Virus record (IMG/VR): IMGVR_UViG_3300012007_000009 | Span: 1 to 64,000 of that record | DNA: 64,000 nt | Direction: 5' to 3' (one strand) | Source: a virus | Lineage: Duplodnaviria; Caudoviricetes | Part shown: piece by piece, positions 46,720 through 56,647 of the stretch | Layout: every line of letters starts with the position of its first letter | How positions within the stretch are numbered: the stretch's first letter is position 1 | The notes under the pieces: model-generated | What the model was told of the DNA's origin: nothing | The model's database searches: none | Seen by the model: the letters and a program-made list of their open reading frames with translations, nothing else | Program-made: the position numbers and the translations under genes

Positions 46720-47835
46720 CTACTGTTTTTGGCCGTAAGTGGACAGAATTCCCAAAATTTTCTGCTTCGGGTCTTCCCCGGACCAGAAAACCGGCAGCTG
46801 CTCGGGGTATTTGTCCATGTACATCTCGGCCATGGTGAGGCTGTCGGCCCCGAGAATCTTCCTGGCCTCCTCGTCGTCGAGCCGCTTGGCCTCCTCCACG
46901 GTACCCACGTCACCACCATAGGGGACGTTCTTCACGTAGAGGGGCTTCGCCTCCATCAGGACCTTCTTTCGGGCGCTCGCGTCGTCATACGGGCGGTCAT
47001 TCTTGTAGTAGTACCGCACGAAGCAGTTGGTCAGGTCCCCCAACCCCTCCAGGTGCTCGTCATCCACGTCGACGAACCGCGGAGACAGCGTATTCTCCAC
47101 GAACTCGAACTTCATGTCCTCGTCAACTATGTAGTATCCGCAGTCGGTACCGACATGGGCGAAGCTCAGGTGGTACGGCGTTCCCAGGTAGAGAATGGAG
47201 GAATCCGGGTCTTTCCCCTTGTTGTACGAGCGGCAATGGTAGTGGCCGCTTATCACGTAGTTCGCCGCCTTGTAGAACTTCTCCGCAGGCAGGCCCACGT
47301 CGGATACCTGTCCGGCCTCCATCAGGCAGCCCATGATGTCGAAATGCCCGAACAGGACAGTCTTCTCCTTGGCGGCCTTCGGCTTCTTGGCCAGCTTCGA
47401 GAGCCAGTCGTTCACGGCCTCCATCTTGTCCGGGAATATCCACGGGACCATGTACCAGGTCCTCCCGAGCAGTTCCAGCTTCTCCACGCCGTTGCGGTAC
47501 ACGTGGACGTTCGGGAGAAGCTCCAGCAGCTGCAGGGAAGTCAGCGAATCCTTGTTCTCGTACAGGTAGTCGTGGTTCCCCGCTATGATGTGGATGTCGA
47601 AGTCGGCCATGTCGTCACGGAACAGCTTGATTGCGTAGGCCATCACCTCGATGGTCATGAACGCGTGTATTGTGAACACGTCCCCGGAGAACAGCACGGT
47701 CTTGATGCCCCGTGCCCTGAAGTCCTCAATCATCTTGCGGTGCAGCGCGGCCTGACCGGCGACCACATGTTCCTTTATCCCGGAACGTTCGCACTTGGGG
47801 CCGAGGTGTATATCGCCGACTATTCCAATCTGCAT
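46720..47835 (-). CDS. Mre11/SbcD-family nuclease (T4 gp47-like)
   Basis: GDIHLG, SGDVF, AGNHD, FGH, SGHYH, YLGTP. Confidence 0.92.
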   Translation of the reverse strand: MQIGIVGDIHLGPKCERSGIKEHVVAGQAALHRKMIEDFRARGIKTVLFSGDVFTIHAFMTIEVMAYAIKLFRDDMADFDIHIIAGNHDYLYENKDSLTSLQLLELLPNVHVYRNGVEKLELLGRTWYMVPWIFPDKMEAVNDWLSKLAKKPKAAKEKTVLFGHFDIMGCLMEAGQVSDVGLPAEKFYKAANYVISGHYHCRSYNKGKDPDSSILYLGTPYHLSFAHVGTDCGYYIVDEDMKFEFVENTLSPRFVDVDDEHLEGLGDLTNCFVRYYYKNDRPYDDASARKKVLMEAKPLYVKNVPYGGDVGTVEEAKRLDDEEARKILGADSLTMAEMYMDKYPEQLPVFWSGEDPKQKILGILSTYGQKQ

Positions 47836-47913
47836 AAAAATTCTCCAAAAAAGTACCGGAATCTCCCGGTACCCCAAATATAGCAAATTGTTGGCTATAT
47901 CAGCTTCGCTAGG

Positions 47914-48498
47914 CTATTTCTTGGCCCGTTTTCGCTCAAGGCAGGCATAGTAGCAACCCTTGGCAAGACCGTACTCATTATCCCAGGTCATACCCTTGGT
48001 TACTTGGTTCACTCTAGTGGTCATCGAATCGGTAATTCGGTGTACATCACGGGGATTCCCCACGTCAACGATGTACGCCGTTACTGTAGTCGTAGCAACC
48101 GAGTCAACTTCGTCGCTTAGTCCATTCGATAAATAGCGTAAAGAAGAGCGGCAAGGTAGTCCAAGCGTTATCCATAGATTGTATCTGGTTACATCGAGCG
48201 ACTTACCTGTAGCCCGGTCGCACATCTCTATGTCCAGTGTAACATAGCAACCCCTTGCGCCATCAATCTTACCCATTTTGATATGCCTGTAAAAGCAGAA
48301 CTTATCGGTATCAGTGAAAGTTATTTTTAGAGTGTTCCGTTCGCAGAACTCCACTCTATTGACATAAAACGAAAGGTCTCTATTATTCCATACCGAACCA
48401 GGTATCGTAGCATATGCCTTTTTTATCCGGAATCGGGAACGGAACATTGGAACGGCGGACGATACTTCATCGAGTTGTTTACTATTGTGTTTTGTCAT
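47914..48498 (-). CDS. Hypothetical protein, AT-richer, possible tail-tube-fold paralog
   Basis: RSRFRI...TLDIEMCDRATG...VATTTVT. Confidence 0.45.
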   Translation of the reverse strand: MTKHNSKQLDEVSSAVPMFRSRFRIKKAYATIPGSVWNNRDLSFYVNRVEFCERNTLKITFTDTDKFCFYRHIKMGKIDGARGCYVTLDIEMCDRATGKSLDVTRYNLWITLGLPCRSSLRYLSNGLSDEVDSVATTTVTAYIVDVGNPRDVHRITDSMTTRVNQVTKGMTWDNEYGLAKGCYYACLERKRAKK

Positions 48499-48521
48499 GC
48501 TGTCTCCTTTATAAAATGAAC

Positions 48522-49295
48522 CTACCCGGATTCCCCGGAGTTGTCCGGGAGCGCCTTGGGGGCGTTCCTCTCGTCATATTCCTTCTGTATGGTATCCGCA
48601 ATCTCCTGGTCCAGTTCCTCGGTCCACTTGGAAATCCAGGCGTTGGTGTCCTGCGGGGTGACCTCCACCGAACCGTCGGACTTGACGACCTCCCCGCCGG
48701 GAACCAGGGTCGCCCCCTCGGGTGCCCGGGAGGCATCCACCTTCTGGTTGTGGATTTCCTCCTCCTTGCGGAGGGTAACCAGGGTATCCCGGATACTGTC
48801 GAGCGTCTTCAGGATGATTGCGTACTGCCTCTGGTAGTTGGCGTAGTCGTCCGGTTCCGGGTTGACCAGGTCCTCCAGGTCGGTCTCTATCCGGTCGAGC
48901 ACCCTCTTGCCGCGGGCGAACAGTTCCATGTAGTGGTCTCGCAGGGCCCTGCGGTCGTTCTCCAGGGACTCCAGGCTGAAACCGGGCACGAGACCGTCGT
49001 CGGACGCGGACATCTTCTCCTTGGTGGCGATAATCTTGGACTGCGTCTTCAGGTTCTTCGCCTCGTCGGTAATCTTCTTGACTTCCTTCTTGGCCGCGGC
49101 CAGTCCTTCCTTGGTGGAACCCCTGGGAAGCCCAAGCGTGTCCTCGACTCCCTCGAACGGGTTGTCCGGGTTCGGTTTCTCCTTGGCAGGCTTTTCCGCG
49201 GATGGCTTCTCCTTGGTGCCCATCGGGTTCGTGGTGAAGTCCACGTCGAACACGGACTCGGCGTCCACGGTGTCGTTGTCGTTTGCTTCGCTCAT
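48522..49295 (-). CDS. Possible terminase small subunit (gp16-like)
   Basis: Helical core D...LR....L...G...L.....L..P; size and context fit. Confidence 0.4.
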   Translation of the reverse strand: MSEANDNDTVDAESVFDVDFTTNPMGTKEKPSAEKPAKEKPNPDNPFEGVEDTLGLPRGSTKEGLAAAKKEVKKITDEAKNLKTQSKIIATKEKMSASDDGLVPGFSLESLENDRRALRDHYMELFARGKRVLDRIETDLEDLVNPEPDDYANYQRQYAIILKTLDSIRDTLVTLRKEEEIHNQKVDASRAPEGATLVPGGEVVKSDGSVEVTPQDTNAWISKWTEELDQEIADTIQKEYDERNAPKALPDNSGESG

Positions 49296-49453
49296 CCAAG
49301 TACCGCCTTGACAGGTTCAGTCGGGTTACCGTCGACTATCGGCTTCTTGGACTGTGCAAGTAGCCTTGTCGTTTCTTCCGGGCGCTCTTCCGGGAGTACC
49401 AAGTTCTCGGTTTCCGTGGAATTGCCAAGTTCTTTACTTTCTGATTCCGACAA
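49292..49453 (-). CDS. Small unannotated ORF (53 aa, TTG start)
   Basis: LSESESKELGNSTETENL...KAVLG* fills the gap exactly; its TGA overlaps the next ATG. Confidence 0.4.
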   Translation of the reverse strand: MSESESKELGNSTETENLVLPEERPEETTRLLAQSKKPIVDGNPTEPVKAVLG

Positions 49454-49949
49454 TTATCTGCCCTATTTCCTGCCCGAAGTTGTGGACACGCGTCATCGCG
49501 TCCGCATTCCTCGGATAATAACGTATCTTGTCCTGCATGTCCTCGAGGAACTTGACGAATTCCTCCTGGCAATCGACCCTCTCCTTCATGTCGGCGAGGT
49601 CCGGGTCGCCATCTACCATGATGTTCTCCCCGTTCACCGAAGGCATCCACTTGTGCTTCGTGGTCGCTATCCTGGTATACACCTCGCATCGCTTCTTGGT
49701 GTACTCCTTCTTCAGTGCTATGAGCTTCAGCTTGTTCTTGAAGGCGAGCATTGCCACATGTATAGCATTCTCGCCCATGTTATAGTTCCCCTGTCTGTAA
49801 ACCACGTTGGCGTCGGGCTCGCCCTTGTCATTGGTAGTCCGCAAGGCCTCGGAAAACCATGCACGGAGCCTCTGCATCTGCACGTTAACCGGGGCATTCT
49901 GGTCGCCCACCATCTCGTTAATCGCATCTTCGTCTATATGGAAAGCCAT
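49434..49949 (-). CDS. UvsY-like recombination mediator
   Basis: Helical ...VDGDPDL......QEEFVKFLE....I pattern; RBS GAGG. Confidence 0.65.
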   Translation of the reverse strand: MAFHIDEDAINEMVGDQNAPVNVQMQRLRAWFSEALRTTNDKGEPDANVVYRQGNYNMGENAIHVAMLAFKNKLKLIALKKEYTKKRCEVYTRIATTKHKWMPSVNGENIMVDGDPDLADMKERVDCQEEFVKFLEDMQDKIRYYPRNADAMTRVHNFGQEIGQIIVGIRK

Positions 49950-49998
49950 TTCAACCTCTAGGAGGAAAACTAGAAAATTCTCGGCGGAAATGCAAACC

Positions 49999-50027
49999 AA
50001 AAAGAGGGGGAGTCGTGCTCCCCCTCT
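49999..50027 (-). terminator. Terminator of the sheath-tube operon
   Basis: AGAGGGGGAG/CTCCCCCTCT stem with T tract on the minus strand. Confidence 0.8.
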
Positions 50028-50048
50028 ATTTGTAATTATACCATACGG

Positions 50049-50789
50049 TTATTTGCCCTTTGCACCAATCACCTTGTACTCGGGGTTGAACCAGATGTTC
50101 CAACGGTCATATGTGAGTTCGAATGAGAACTTCAGAAGAGATGCGTTGTTATAGTTCAACGTATTACCGACATTGACCTTAGAAGGCCAGGCGTTGATGT
50201 AGCGTATCCCCATGATGACGTTCCCGTACATCCAGTCGTACAGTTCCAGGGTCACGTGGGCGTTACGGAGGAGCACCGCGGTAGCGTTGCCGTAGTTCTC
50301 CTGCTGGCCGAGACCGAGATAGAGCTTGTTCTCGCCCTTCTCGATACGGTTCGTCTCGCTGTTCGTGTCGCCGACACCGGACGTGTTGAGAATACCGCTG
50401 TTGAGGCAGCACTGGTTCCATGCCAGCATCGTCTCGTACGCCCTGCCGTCCTCCAGGAGGAGGGCGTTGAGCGTGGTCGTGCCGGCCAGCTGCTGTTGCT
50501 GCACGGGGTACCTCTTTTCGTATCCCATGTACCAGATGGGTTCAGCCTTGATTGCAGCATCGGGAATCTTGGCGCCGTCGGAAATGTGGAGAGTAAACTC
50601 CTTTGCAGTTTCCGGGTTGGTGCCGAAGTTTTCGCCGCTGCTCGGCTTGATGCCGATTGCCTTGAAGATGCCCTGGTCGACACAGAGGCGCCAGCGGGTG
50701 CTTCGCACCGGGTCCGGCAGCTTGTCTATGTTCGACGCGAAGAATATCTTCTTCTTGTCCGAGAGTTCTACTTCATACGGTTTAGCCAT
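50049..50789 (-). CDS. Tail tube protein (gp19-like)
   Basis: DPVRSTRW, LELYD..G, NAWPS.V, L.Y, F..ELTYD.W; follows the sheath gene. Confidence 0.8.
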   Translation of the reverse strand: MAKPYEVELSDKKKIFFASNIDKLPDPVRSTRWRLCVDQGIFKAIGIKPSSGENFGTNPETAKEFTLHISDGAKIPDAAIKAEPIWYMGYEKRYPVQQQQLAGTTTLNALLLEDGRAYETMLAWNQCCLNSGILNTSGVGDTNSETNRIEKGENKLYLGLGQQENYGNATAVLLRNAHVTLELYDWMYGNVIMGIRYINAWPSKVNVGNTLNYNNASLLKFSFELTYDRWNIWFNPEYKVIGAKGK

Positions 50790-50804
50790 GTTGTCCTCCT
50801 TTTA

Positions 50805-53800
50805 TTAGCGGGTGCCCGTAGAGATATCGGTTGAAATCACATTTCCGGTCGACCTGCTGAGAACATTGGTCCTCAAGTAGATGTAGCGGGTGCTCGTTGT
50901 CGGATAGAGCATCAAGTCCACATAGAGCTTATGGGCCTCGACGACTTCCGGCGGGTTGTTGGTATCGTCGCAAATGACTATACTACCCGTGTCAAGCCCG
51001 GCCGGGTTCTCCCCGATAATCTTGTCAAGCTGCAGCTGCAGGTCCGTGGTAATCTGGGCACGGAGTGCGGCCGTGTTGAGCCGGAAGACCCTGGAGTCGA
51101 GGTAGTTGTAGTACATCTTGTGGATACCGGCAACAAGCATCGTGACGTTGATTGCGTTGAACGCAGTGTCTTCCATCTGCATCGTGAAATCGCCGTAGGA
51201 ATAGATGCCCTTCCTGTTGGAGCGGAACGGGTTCACGTGGATGTCGCACAGGCGTGCGATATCCGAATCCGGGTCTTCCGGATAGTTGAACTTGCGTTCG
51301 TACTTCAGCTTGCGGCACCATGCGCCCGGAATCATACCGGTATCCTCACCCGCCGGCACGTGCCAGAAGATGGAACCCTTGCGGTTGGCGGTAATCAGGG
51401 AGGCCATGGCCACGGAAGGAGCGACTTCCACGTTGGACTTGGTAACGATTGAATCGTAGAAGATGGGACGTGCGTCATAGATTGCACCCCAGCGGCCGAG
51501 AGTGGACCCGAACCTGCTTGCGGGAGAGTCCAGCTTGAGGGCCACGTCGATGCGGGAATCGGCGACACCGTCGAACAGTGCGAAGCAGTCCTTGCGGAGT
51601 TCGCAGATGCTGAGCACCGCCTGCATGAGCTGGGTATTCAGCGTTTCGTAGCCCTTTAGCCCGAAGTTGTTGATGCCAAGGCCGGCACCCACGAAGAACG
51701 TGACGTCGGACTTGTCCTTGTCCAAGAACAGGTTGAAGGCATTGGAAATCGTGCTGGTCGACATGTTGTTAGCCGGGTCATATGTCCACACGGCGTTATT
51801 TACGATAGCCGGGTCGTCCGTATTGAACGCGGGGCATAGCGTGGTGCTGGACGGAACGGCCTTGATTGTGCCGTTTGCCTGCATTTCGCCAGCGACCGTG
51901 CTAGAAAGGTCGTAAGAGTTGTCCTCGCGGAACATCTCCATCACACCGCTGTCGTTCAGTACGAACACCACACCGGAACCCTCGAGTTCCGTCTCGGCGC
52001 TGTCGCCGATGAACAGCTGCATGTGGTTGTAGACATACTTTACCACGGTACCGTCGAATTCGTACCTTACACCGTTGTACATGTAGGCGACGGAGAGGTA
52101 GAGCCTTGCGACCGCCTCGCCCTCGTCAGTCAGGTCATACACCTTGATGGTGCTGCCGGTGAAGTTGGCATCGACGTACTTGATGTTGGCCAGACCGAGG
52201 CCCACGAAGGTAGCACCGATGGAGCTATCCGTCAGAACCTTGTCTGAATGGTCAATCACGGAACCTGCGCTGGATACCACGTACTTGAACGGGGCAGTTC
52301 CATCGATATCGGCAGTGACGAACACGTTGTCGACGTCGACCACGGGAGTCTCGTTCTGTACATGTACCGGAACCATCACAGAGTAGTTACCCACAATGTA
52401 GATGTCGGCATACTGGTCGACATGGTCATGCGCCTTAACATGAACTTTAAGGTTACTGATGGTGTAAGTCGGCTCCTTATCAGTATTATTGTCCCTCGAG
52501 CCTTCAATAGTAATTGCAGGGGAGAATATTGCGGTAAAGTTGCATTTTATTTTATCTCCGTCTATAGTATTTACTATTTCTTCTTTGCTTACACTAGTCT
52601 CATATTCTCTGCCATTAAAGGTGAATTTTATTTTATCACCAACGGCAACACTTTTATCATCAGTAATTCCTGTTGCCTCAGTAATTGCCGATACTGAATA
52701 TAACGGGTTAATAGCATCCGTACCAGCCTGAGTAAGTGTAATGCCACTAAACGTAGCATCATACTCATCAATGGAAATCTGGCTACCACCAGTTATCTCA
52801 ACAGTAACATTGCTTATGTTGCACGCCGGCTCACGGTCGCTGCCATTTTCACGGGTTCCTTCAACAACTACGTCTTGAACGTCCACATCAAAAGGAGCAC
52901 GCCCACCGGTAACCTGTCCAAGAGTACCCTGATATGGAGTCTCATTCCAGGTAAAGTTGATTATGTCGCCCGCAGCTGCACCAGTAGTACCAATTTCCAC
53001 ATTACCAGAAATCTTGGATATCGTATATTGTGGGTTGGCAAAGTCGGAACCATCCCTTACCTTTGTGCTTGCGAAGTTAAGGTCTGATTCAGTATCCAGT
53101 GCCATGTCAACATCGTCCATCACGTGATTGTAGCTGTCGACAGCGGCATAAGCCAGCTTGTTGGACTGCGTCAGGTTGAGCAACTGGAACTGCAGGTCGG
53201 TCTTTTCTTCCCTGGACAGCTTGGAGCTGTCAATCGGGTCGAGAAGCTCGATGGTATCAGTAATCGGGTCGGAAGTCTTGACCGTACCGAAGTACAGGAT
53301 ATTCTCCGGGCTGAGGTCCGGTTCAGTATTGCCCGTCAGGTCAAGGTTGACACTTGCACGGGTAATAGCGACCATGTCGCCAGGCACGAACTCGAGGGCA
53401 CCACCAGGAACCATGGTAATGGTCTTGTAGTCCTCGGAAATCTTGAGCTTGCCAGCATTTGCGGAGTCAGTCTCAGGATACTTGGCCAGGTCAGCGGAGA
53501 TTACCGCGTAACCGTAACCGAGTTCCTCGCCGCGCATGACCTTGACCAGGTCATCGGCCACGGACTTCACCGTGGATTCTCCGGTGACGGTAATACCGCG
53601 AGTATTCACGCTGTCCACCCAGCCCTTCTGCTTGCTGTAGGCAGATACACTGGCAGGAACATTGGTGATTGCGGTAGGTTCGGTAGCAGCGAGTGTCACG
53701 TCGAACACCACTCCAGTAGAATCCACGCCAGTCACGACGAATGATGCCGTCTTGGTTTCAATATTGGGTTCGGTACCGATTGTCCAGATGAGGTCGATGA

Positions 53801-54983
53801 CATCACCAACCCAGATGGATGCACCATTGGGAGCGGTGAGCTTGCCCTTCAGGCTGGTCTCATCGACCACCTCGAAGGTACAGCCGCCGAGAGCTGCATC
53901 GGTAGCGACACGGACATACACGTCCATGGAATCCTGGTCATGGAATACCATCGCGGTACCGGAAGGAATAGCCTTCAGTGCTTCAAGACCCTTTCCGTTA
54001 AGGAAGAGAGAGTTGAACGTCTTGGCACCCTGTCCGGCAACAGCGGTCTTGACAGACAGGTAGTCATACCCGTCTGACAGGATATTGTCGCCTTCGGCAT
54101 AAATAAGGATTTCCGGAACATAACCCAGCACGTTAATGTTGTGCAAGGTGATGTCATCCTCGGCCTTCAGAGACACTTCCTTGTCCACGATGTTGGTGAC
54201 GCGGAAAGTACTCAACTCGGTAGTACGGCCGGCCGCGGGAGCATACACGATATCGTCGACGGCGAAGCCGACCCTACCGGTGCAAGTCACGCGCATCTCA
54301 TCGGAACCGCTGTCATGCTTGGTCGCTCCCTTGTCGAGAGCGAACGTGCTGTATGCACGGTTTGCGCTGCTCGGGTCCGCATTCATGAGGGCGAACATGA
54401 CAATGTCGCTGTCGCCACGGGCAGCACCGCCGTTGACGACCCAGTTTTCCTTGGCGTTGTAGTCCTCCGCAGCATCCACGTTGAAGCTGACGTTGCTGTT
54501 GTTGACAATCGTCTCCGCGATGTTGTTAATCTTACGGGTGACGCCGTACTTGGCTGCGCCATCCACCTTGTAGCGGGTGGAGGCGAAGAACTCGGCCTTG
54601 AGGGAAGTCTTGTCGGGGTTGTTCTTGTTGCTTACGGCATTCCTGTCGTAGGCCACAACGAAGGTATCCGTCTTCAAGTCCCGCTTGAAGTCGCTGGTCT
54701 TGTCGATTTCCTCGCCGTACGGACGGACGAACTCGACGTATCCGCCAGCGTTGATTACGGCACGGGCCGCGTACATACCCTGGTTGTACCTGGAGTTGTT
54801 GAAGCCGAGACCGAAGTACAAGTCCTGCTGGGCGGTATTGGTGAGCCGCTGAATCTTGTTCAGCTCGCCCTTCGGCGCAAAGCCTACCACGCCGCCAACT
54901 GCGTTCGGGGTCTCGACCAGGCTATATCCGGAACGGTCGTGGAGTTCTATGCGTACCCCAGGCGCTCCCATCCTTGTTGCCAT
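50805..54983 (-). CDS. Tail sheath protein (gp18-like) with large inserted domains
   Basis: APGVRIE..D.S, VGFAPKG; C-terminal RKDCFA..D, WHVPAG, VNPF, ICDDTNNPP. Confidence 0.92.
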   Translation of the reverse strand: MATRMGAPGVRIELHDRSGYSLVETPNAVGGVVGFAPKGELNKIQRLTNTAQQDLYFGLGFNNSRYNQGMYAARAVINAGGYVEFVRPYGEEIDKTSDFKRDLKTDTFVVAYDRNAVSNKNNPDKTSLKAEFFASTRYKVDGAAKYGVTRKINNIAETIVNNSNVSFNVDAAEDYNAKENWVVNGGAARGDSDIVMFALMNADPSSANRAYSTFALDKGATKHDSGSDEMRVTCTGRVGFAVDDIVYAPAAGRTTELSTFRVTNIVDKEVSLKAEDDITLHNINVLGYVPEILIYAEGDNILSDGYDYLSVKTAVAGQGAKTFNSLFLNGKGLEALKAIPSGTAMVFHDQDSMDVYVRVATDAALGGCTFEVVDETSLKGKLTAPNGASIWVGDVIDLIWTIGTEPNIETKTASFVVTGVDSTGVVFDVTLAATEPTAITNVPASVSAYSKQKGWVDSVNTRGITVTGESTVKSVADDLVKVMRGEELGYGYAVISADLAKYPETDSANAGKLKISEDYKTITMVPGGALEFVPGDMVAITRASVNLDLTGNTEPDLSPENILYFGTVKTSDPITDTIELLDPIDSSKLSREEKTDLQFQLLNLTQSNKLAYAAVDSYNHVMDDVDMALDTESDLNFASTKVRDGSDFANPQYTISKISGNVEIGTTGAAAGDIINFTWNETPYQGTLGQVTGGRAPFDVDVQDVVVEGTRENGSDREPACNISNVTVEITGGSQISIDEYDATFSGITLTQAGTDAINPLYSVSAITEATGITDDKSVAVGDKIKFTFNGREYETSVSKEEIVNTIDGDKIKCNFTAIFSPAITIEGSRDNNTDKEPTYTISNLKVHVKAHDHVDQYADIYIVGNYSVMVPVHVQNETPVVDVDNVFVTADIDGTAPFKYVVSSAGSVIDHSDKVLTDSSIGATFVGLGLANIKYVDANFTGSTIKVYDLTDEGEAVARLYLSVAYMYNGVRYEFDGTVVKYVYNHMQLFIGDSAETELEGSGVVFVLNDSGVMEMFREDNSYDLSSTVAGEMQANGTIKAVPSSTTLCPAFNTDDPAIVNNAVWTYDPANNMSTSTISNAFNLFLDKDKSDVTFFVGAGLGINNFGLKGYETLNTQLMQAVLSICELRKDCFALFDGVADSRIDVALKLDSPASRFGSTLGRWGAIYDARPIFYDSIVTKSNVEVAPSVAMASLITANRKGSIFWHVPAGEDTGMIPGAWCRKLKYERKFNYPEDPDSDIARLCDIHVNPFRSNRKGIYSYGDFTMQMEDTAFNAINVTMLVAGIHKMYYNYLDSRVFRLNTAALRAQITTDLQLQLDKIIGENPAGLDTGSIVICDDTNNPPEVVEAHKLYVDLMLYPTTSTRYIYLRTNVLSRSTGNVISTDISTGTR

Positions 54984-55103
54984 AATCTACCTCTTGGGTT
55001 ATATGTATTCTGGCGGAAGTTTATTCAGTGGTCACGTTTTTTTCCGCTTTTTGCGGAGAAACGCAATAAACTTGCAGAAAACGGCCCATCACAGGGGTAT
55101 TTT

Positions 55104-55991
55104 ATGGACAAGAGGGAACTTAACCGCCGAATCAACGGCCTGAAGGACGCCTATCCGGACGAACTGGTCCTCATAGAGGGTATCCAGGACCTCATCAACA
55201 AGAAGATAGAGGTCATTTCGGAGAAGAACCGCCACGCGCTAAGGCAGTTCCCGATGCAGTTCACCCGGAGAATCAACCTGGGCAACGGCGAATGGACGAC
55301 CACGCTGCACATGTGGGCCGACAACCTGGTCGACACGCTGTTAGAAATCGACCCGCTGGTACTGACCTGCTCGGACTCATCGGGCGAGACCGTACTTCAC
55401 TCCCTGGTCCTGGCGGCAACCGGCAAGTTCACCCAGAGGGTCGACTACGACTTCATCCAGAAGATGCTGGAGAAGAACATGAGCTTCATCGAGATGGCCA
55501 TACCGAACAACGTGAATTCCAAGGTGGAGGGGAACGCCTGGATGTCCAAGGACGCCCTCCAGAAGACCCCGATGGACTACCTGGTCGAGTTTGCCAACGG
55601 AAACGGGGAAACCCCTCCGGACGAGAGGCTCCAGCAGATGCTCCTCGATTTCGGCAACAGCCCGACGATGGAAGCACCGGTGGACAACACACCGGCGATG
55701 CCGGTTACCGACGAGCAGCTGCAGACGGTAGACCAGGCAAGCGGTGTCACCCCCGGGGGTACCGTGGACCCCAACGCGGTCAACTCGACCGAACCCCCCA
55801 GTTCCCTGCCGGATACCAAGGACCTGTCCACCATGCAGGACAAGCAGGATGCGGAAAATGCCGGGGCGACCACCTCGGAAAAAGAAATAAGCGCGGCCGA
55901 GCCGGTCGCGCATGCAGGTGCCCAGGAGAAGCACAACGAGAAATCCGAGAATCCGATTATGGAGACCCTTCTCGGGATGATTCAGTTATAG
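55104..55991 (+). CDS. Ankyrin-like motif protein
   Basis: TTLHMWA, DSSGETVLHSLV, KDALQKTPMDY; ATAAACT upstream. Confidence 0.55.
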   Translation: MDKRELNRRINGLKDAYPDELVLIEGIQDLINKKIEVISEKNRHALRQFPMQFTRRINLGNGEWTTTLHMWADNLVDTLLEIDPLVLTCSDSSGETVLHSLVLAATGKFTQRVDYDFIQKMLEKNMSFIEMAIPNNVNSKVEGNAWMSKDALQKTPMDYLVEFANGNGETPPDERLQQMLLDFGNSPTMEAPVDNTPAMPVTDEQLQTVDQASGVTPGGTVDPNAVNSTEPPSSLPDTKDLSTMQDKQDAENAGATTSEKEISAAEPVAHAGAQEKHNEKSENPIMETLLGMIQL

Positions 55992-56148
55992 TCCGCACTT
56001 CCCGCTTCATCCGGTCTATCCTCCCGGATATCCCGGAATCCTCCATCAGCTTCCTCTTTGCAGAGCCGTTCAGGAGGGCTTCCACCCGGAAGCCCTTCTC
56101 TATTGCCATGCGGGCCTTCTCCTCGTCCAGCCCGAACTTCTCCATCAT
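55957..56148 (-). CDS. Possible small hypothetical protein
   Basis: Fills the gap after the gp62-like gene; start uncertain. Confidence 0.3.
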   Translation of the reverse strand: MMEKFGLDEEKARMAIEKGFRVEALLNGSAKRKLMEDSGISGRIDRMKREVRTITESSREGSP

Positions 56149-56170
56149 GAACCTTACGTTCTCCGGGAGG

Positions 56171-56647
56171 TCACTTTCCGTTTCCGTTGACTTTTGCCGC
56201 GTGGACTTTCCGGTTGGCCTTTCCTTTCTTCTTGCCATATAGCTCCAGTATTTTCTCGGGTTCGTAAATACGCACATAGCGTTCCTCTATGGCGTCCATG
56301 TCGAGCAGTCCGTACCTCATTGTGTGGACCACGTCGTTGTGGCTCATTCCGGTGACCCGCATCGCGTGCTCGATGCGTTCCTTCTTCTCCTGTATGGCGC
56401 TGGTCTTCGCCCTGGACCACCGGATGTCGACGTTGACCCGGTTGAGGCCCTGTATGGCCATCGCCTGTATGTCCCGCGGAAGGTGGGAGAAGGAAATCTC
56501 GTTCAGTTCATGGGCCACCCTGCGCAGTTTCGGGTCCATGGATATGGCCTGGACGACGTTGTACAGCTGGAACTCGTCCTTGTCGAGCTCCGTCACCGGG
56601 AGCCCCCGCCTGCGCTCATCAAGGAATCTGAACGGGTCAAACGGCAT
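56171..56647 (-). CDS. Clamp loader small subunit (gp62-like)
   Basis: FDPF.FL..., F..Y.V..AISM......ELN; follows the large subunit. Confidence 0.7.
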   Translation of the reverse strand: MPFDPFRFLDERRRGLPVTELDKDEFQLYNVVQAISMDPKLRRVAHELNEISFSHLPRDIQAMAIQGLNRVNVDIRWSRAKTSAIQEKKERIEHAMRVTGMSHNDVVHTMRYGLLDMDAIEERYVRIYEPEKILELYGKKKGKANRKVHAAKVNGNGK

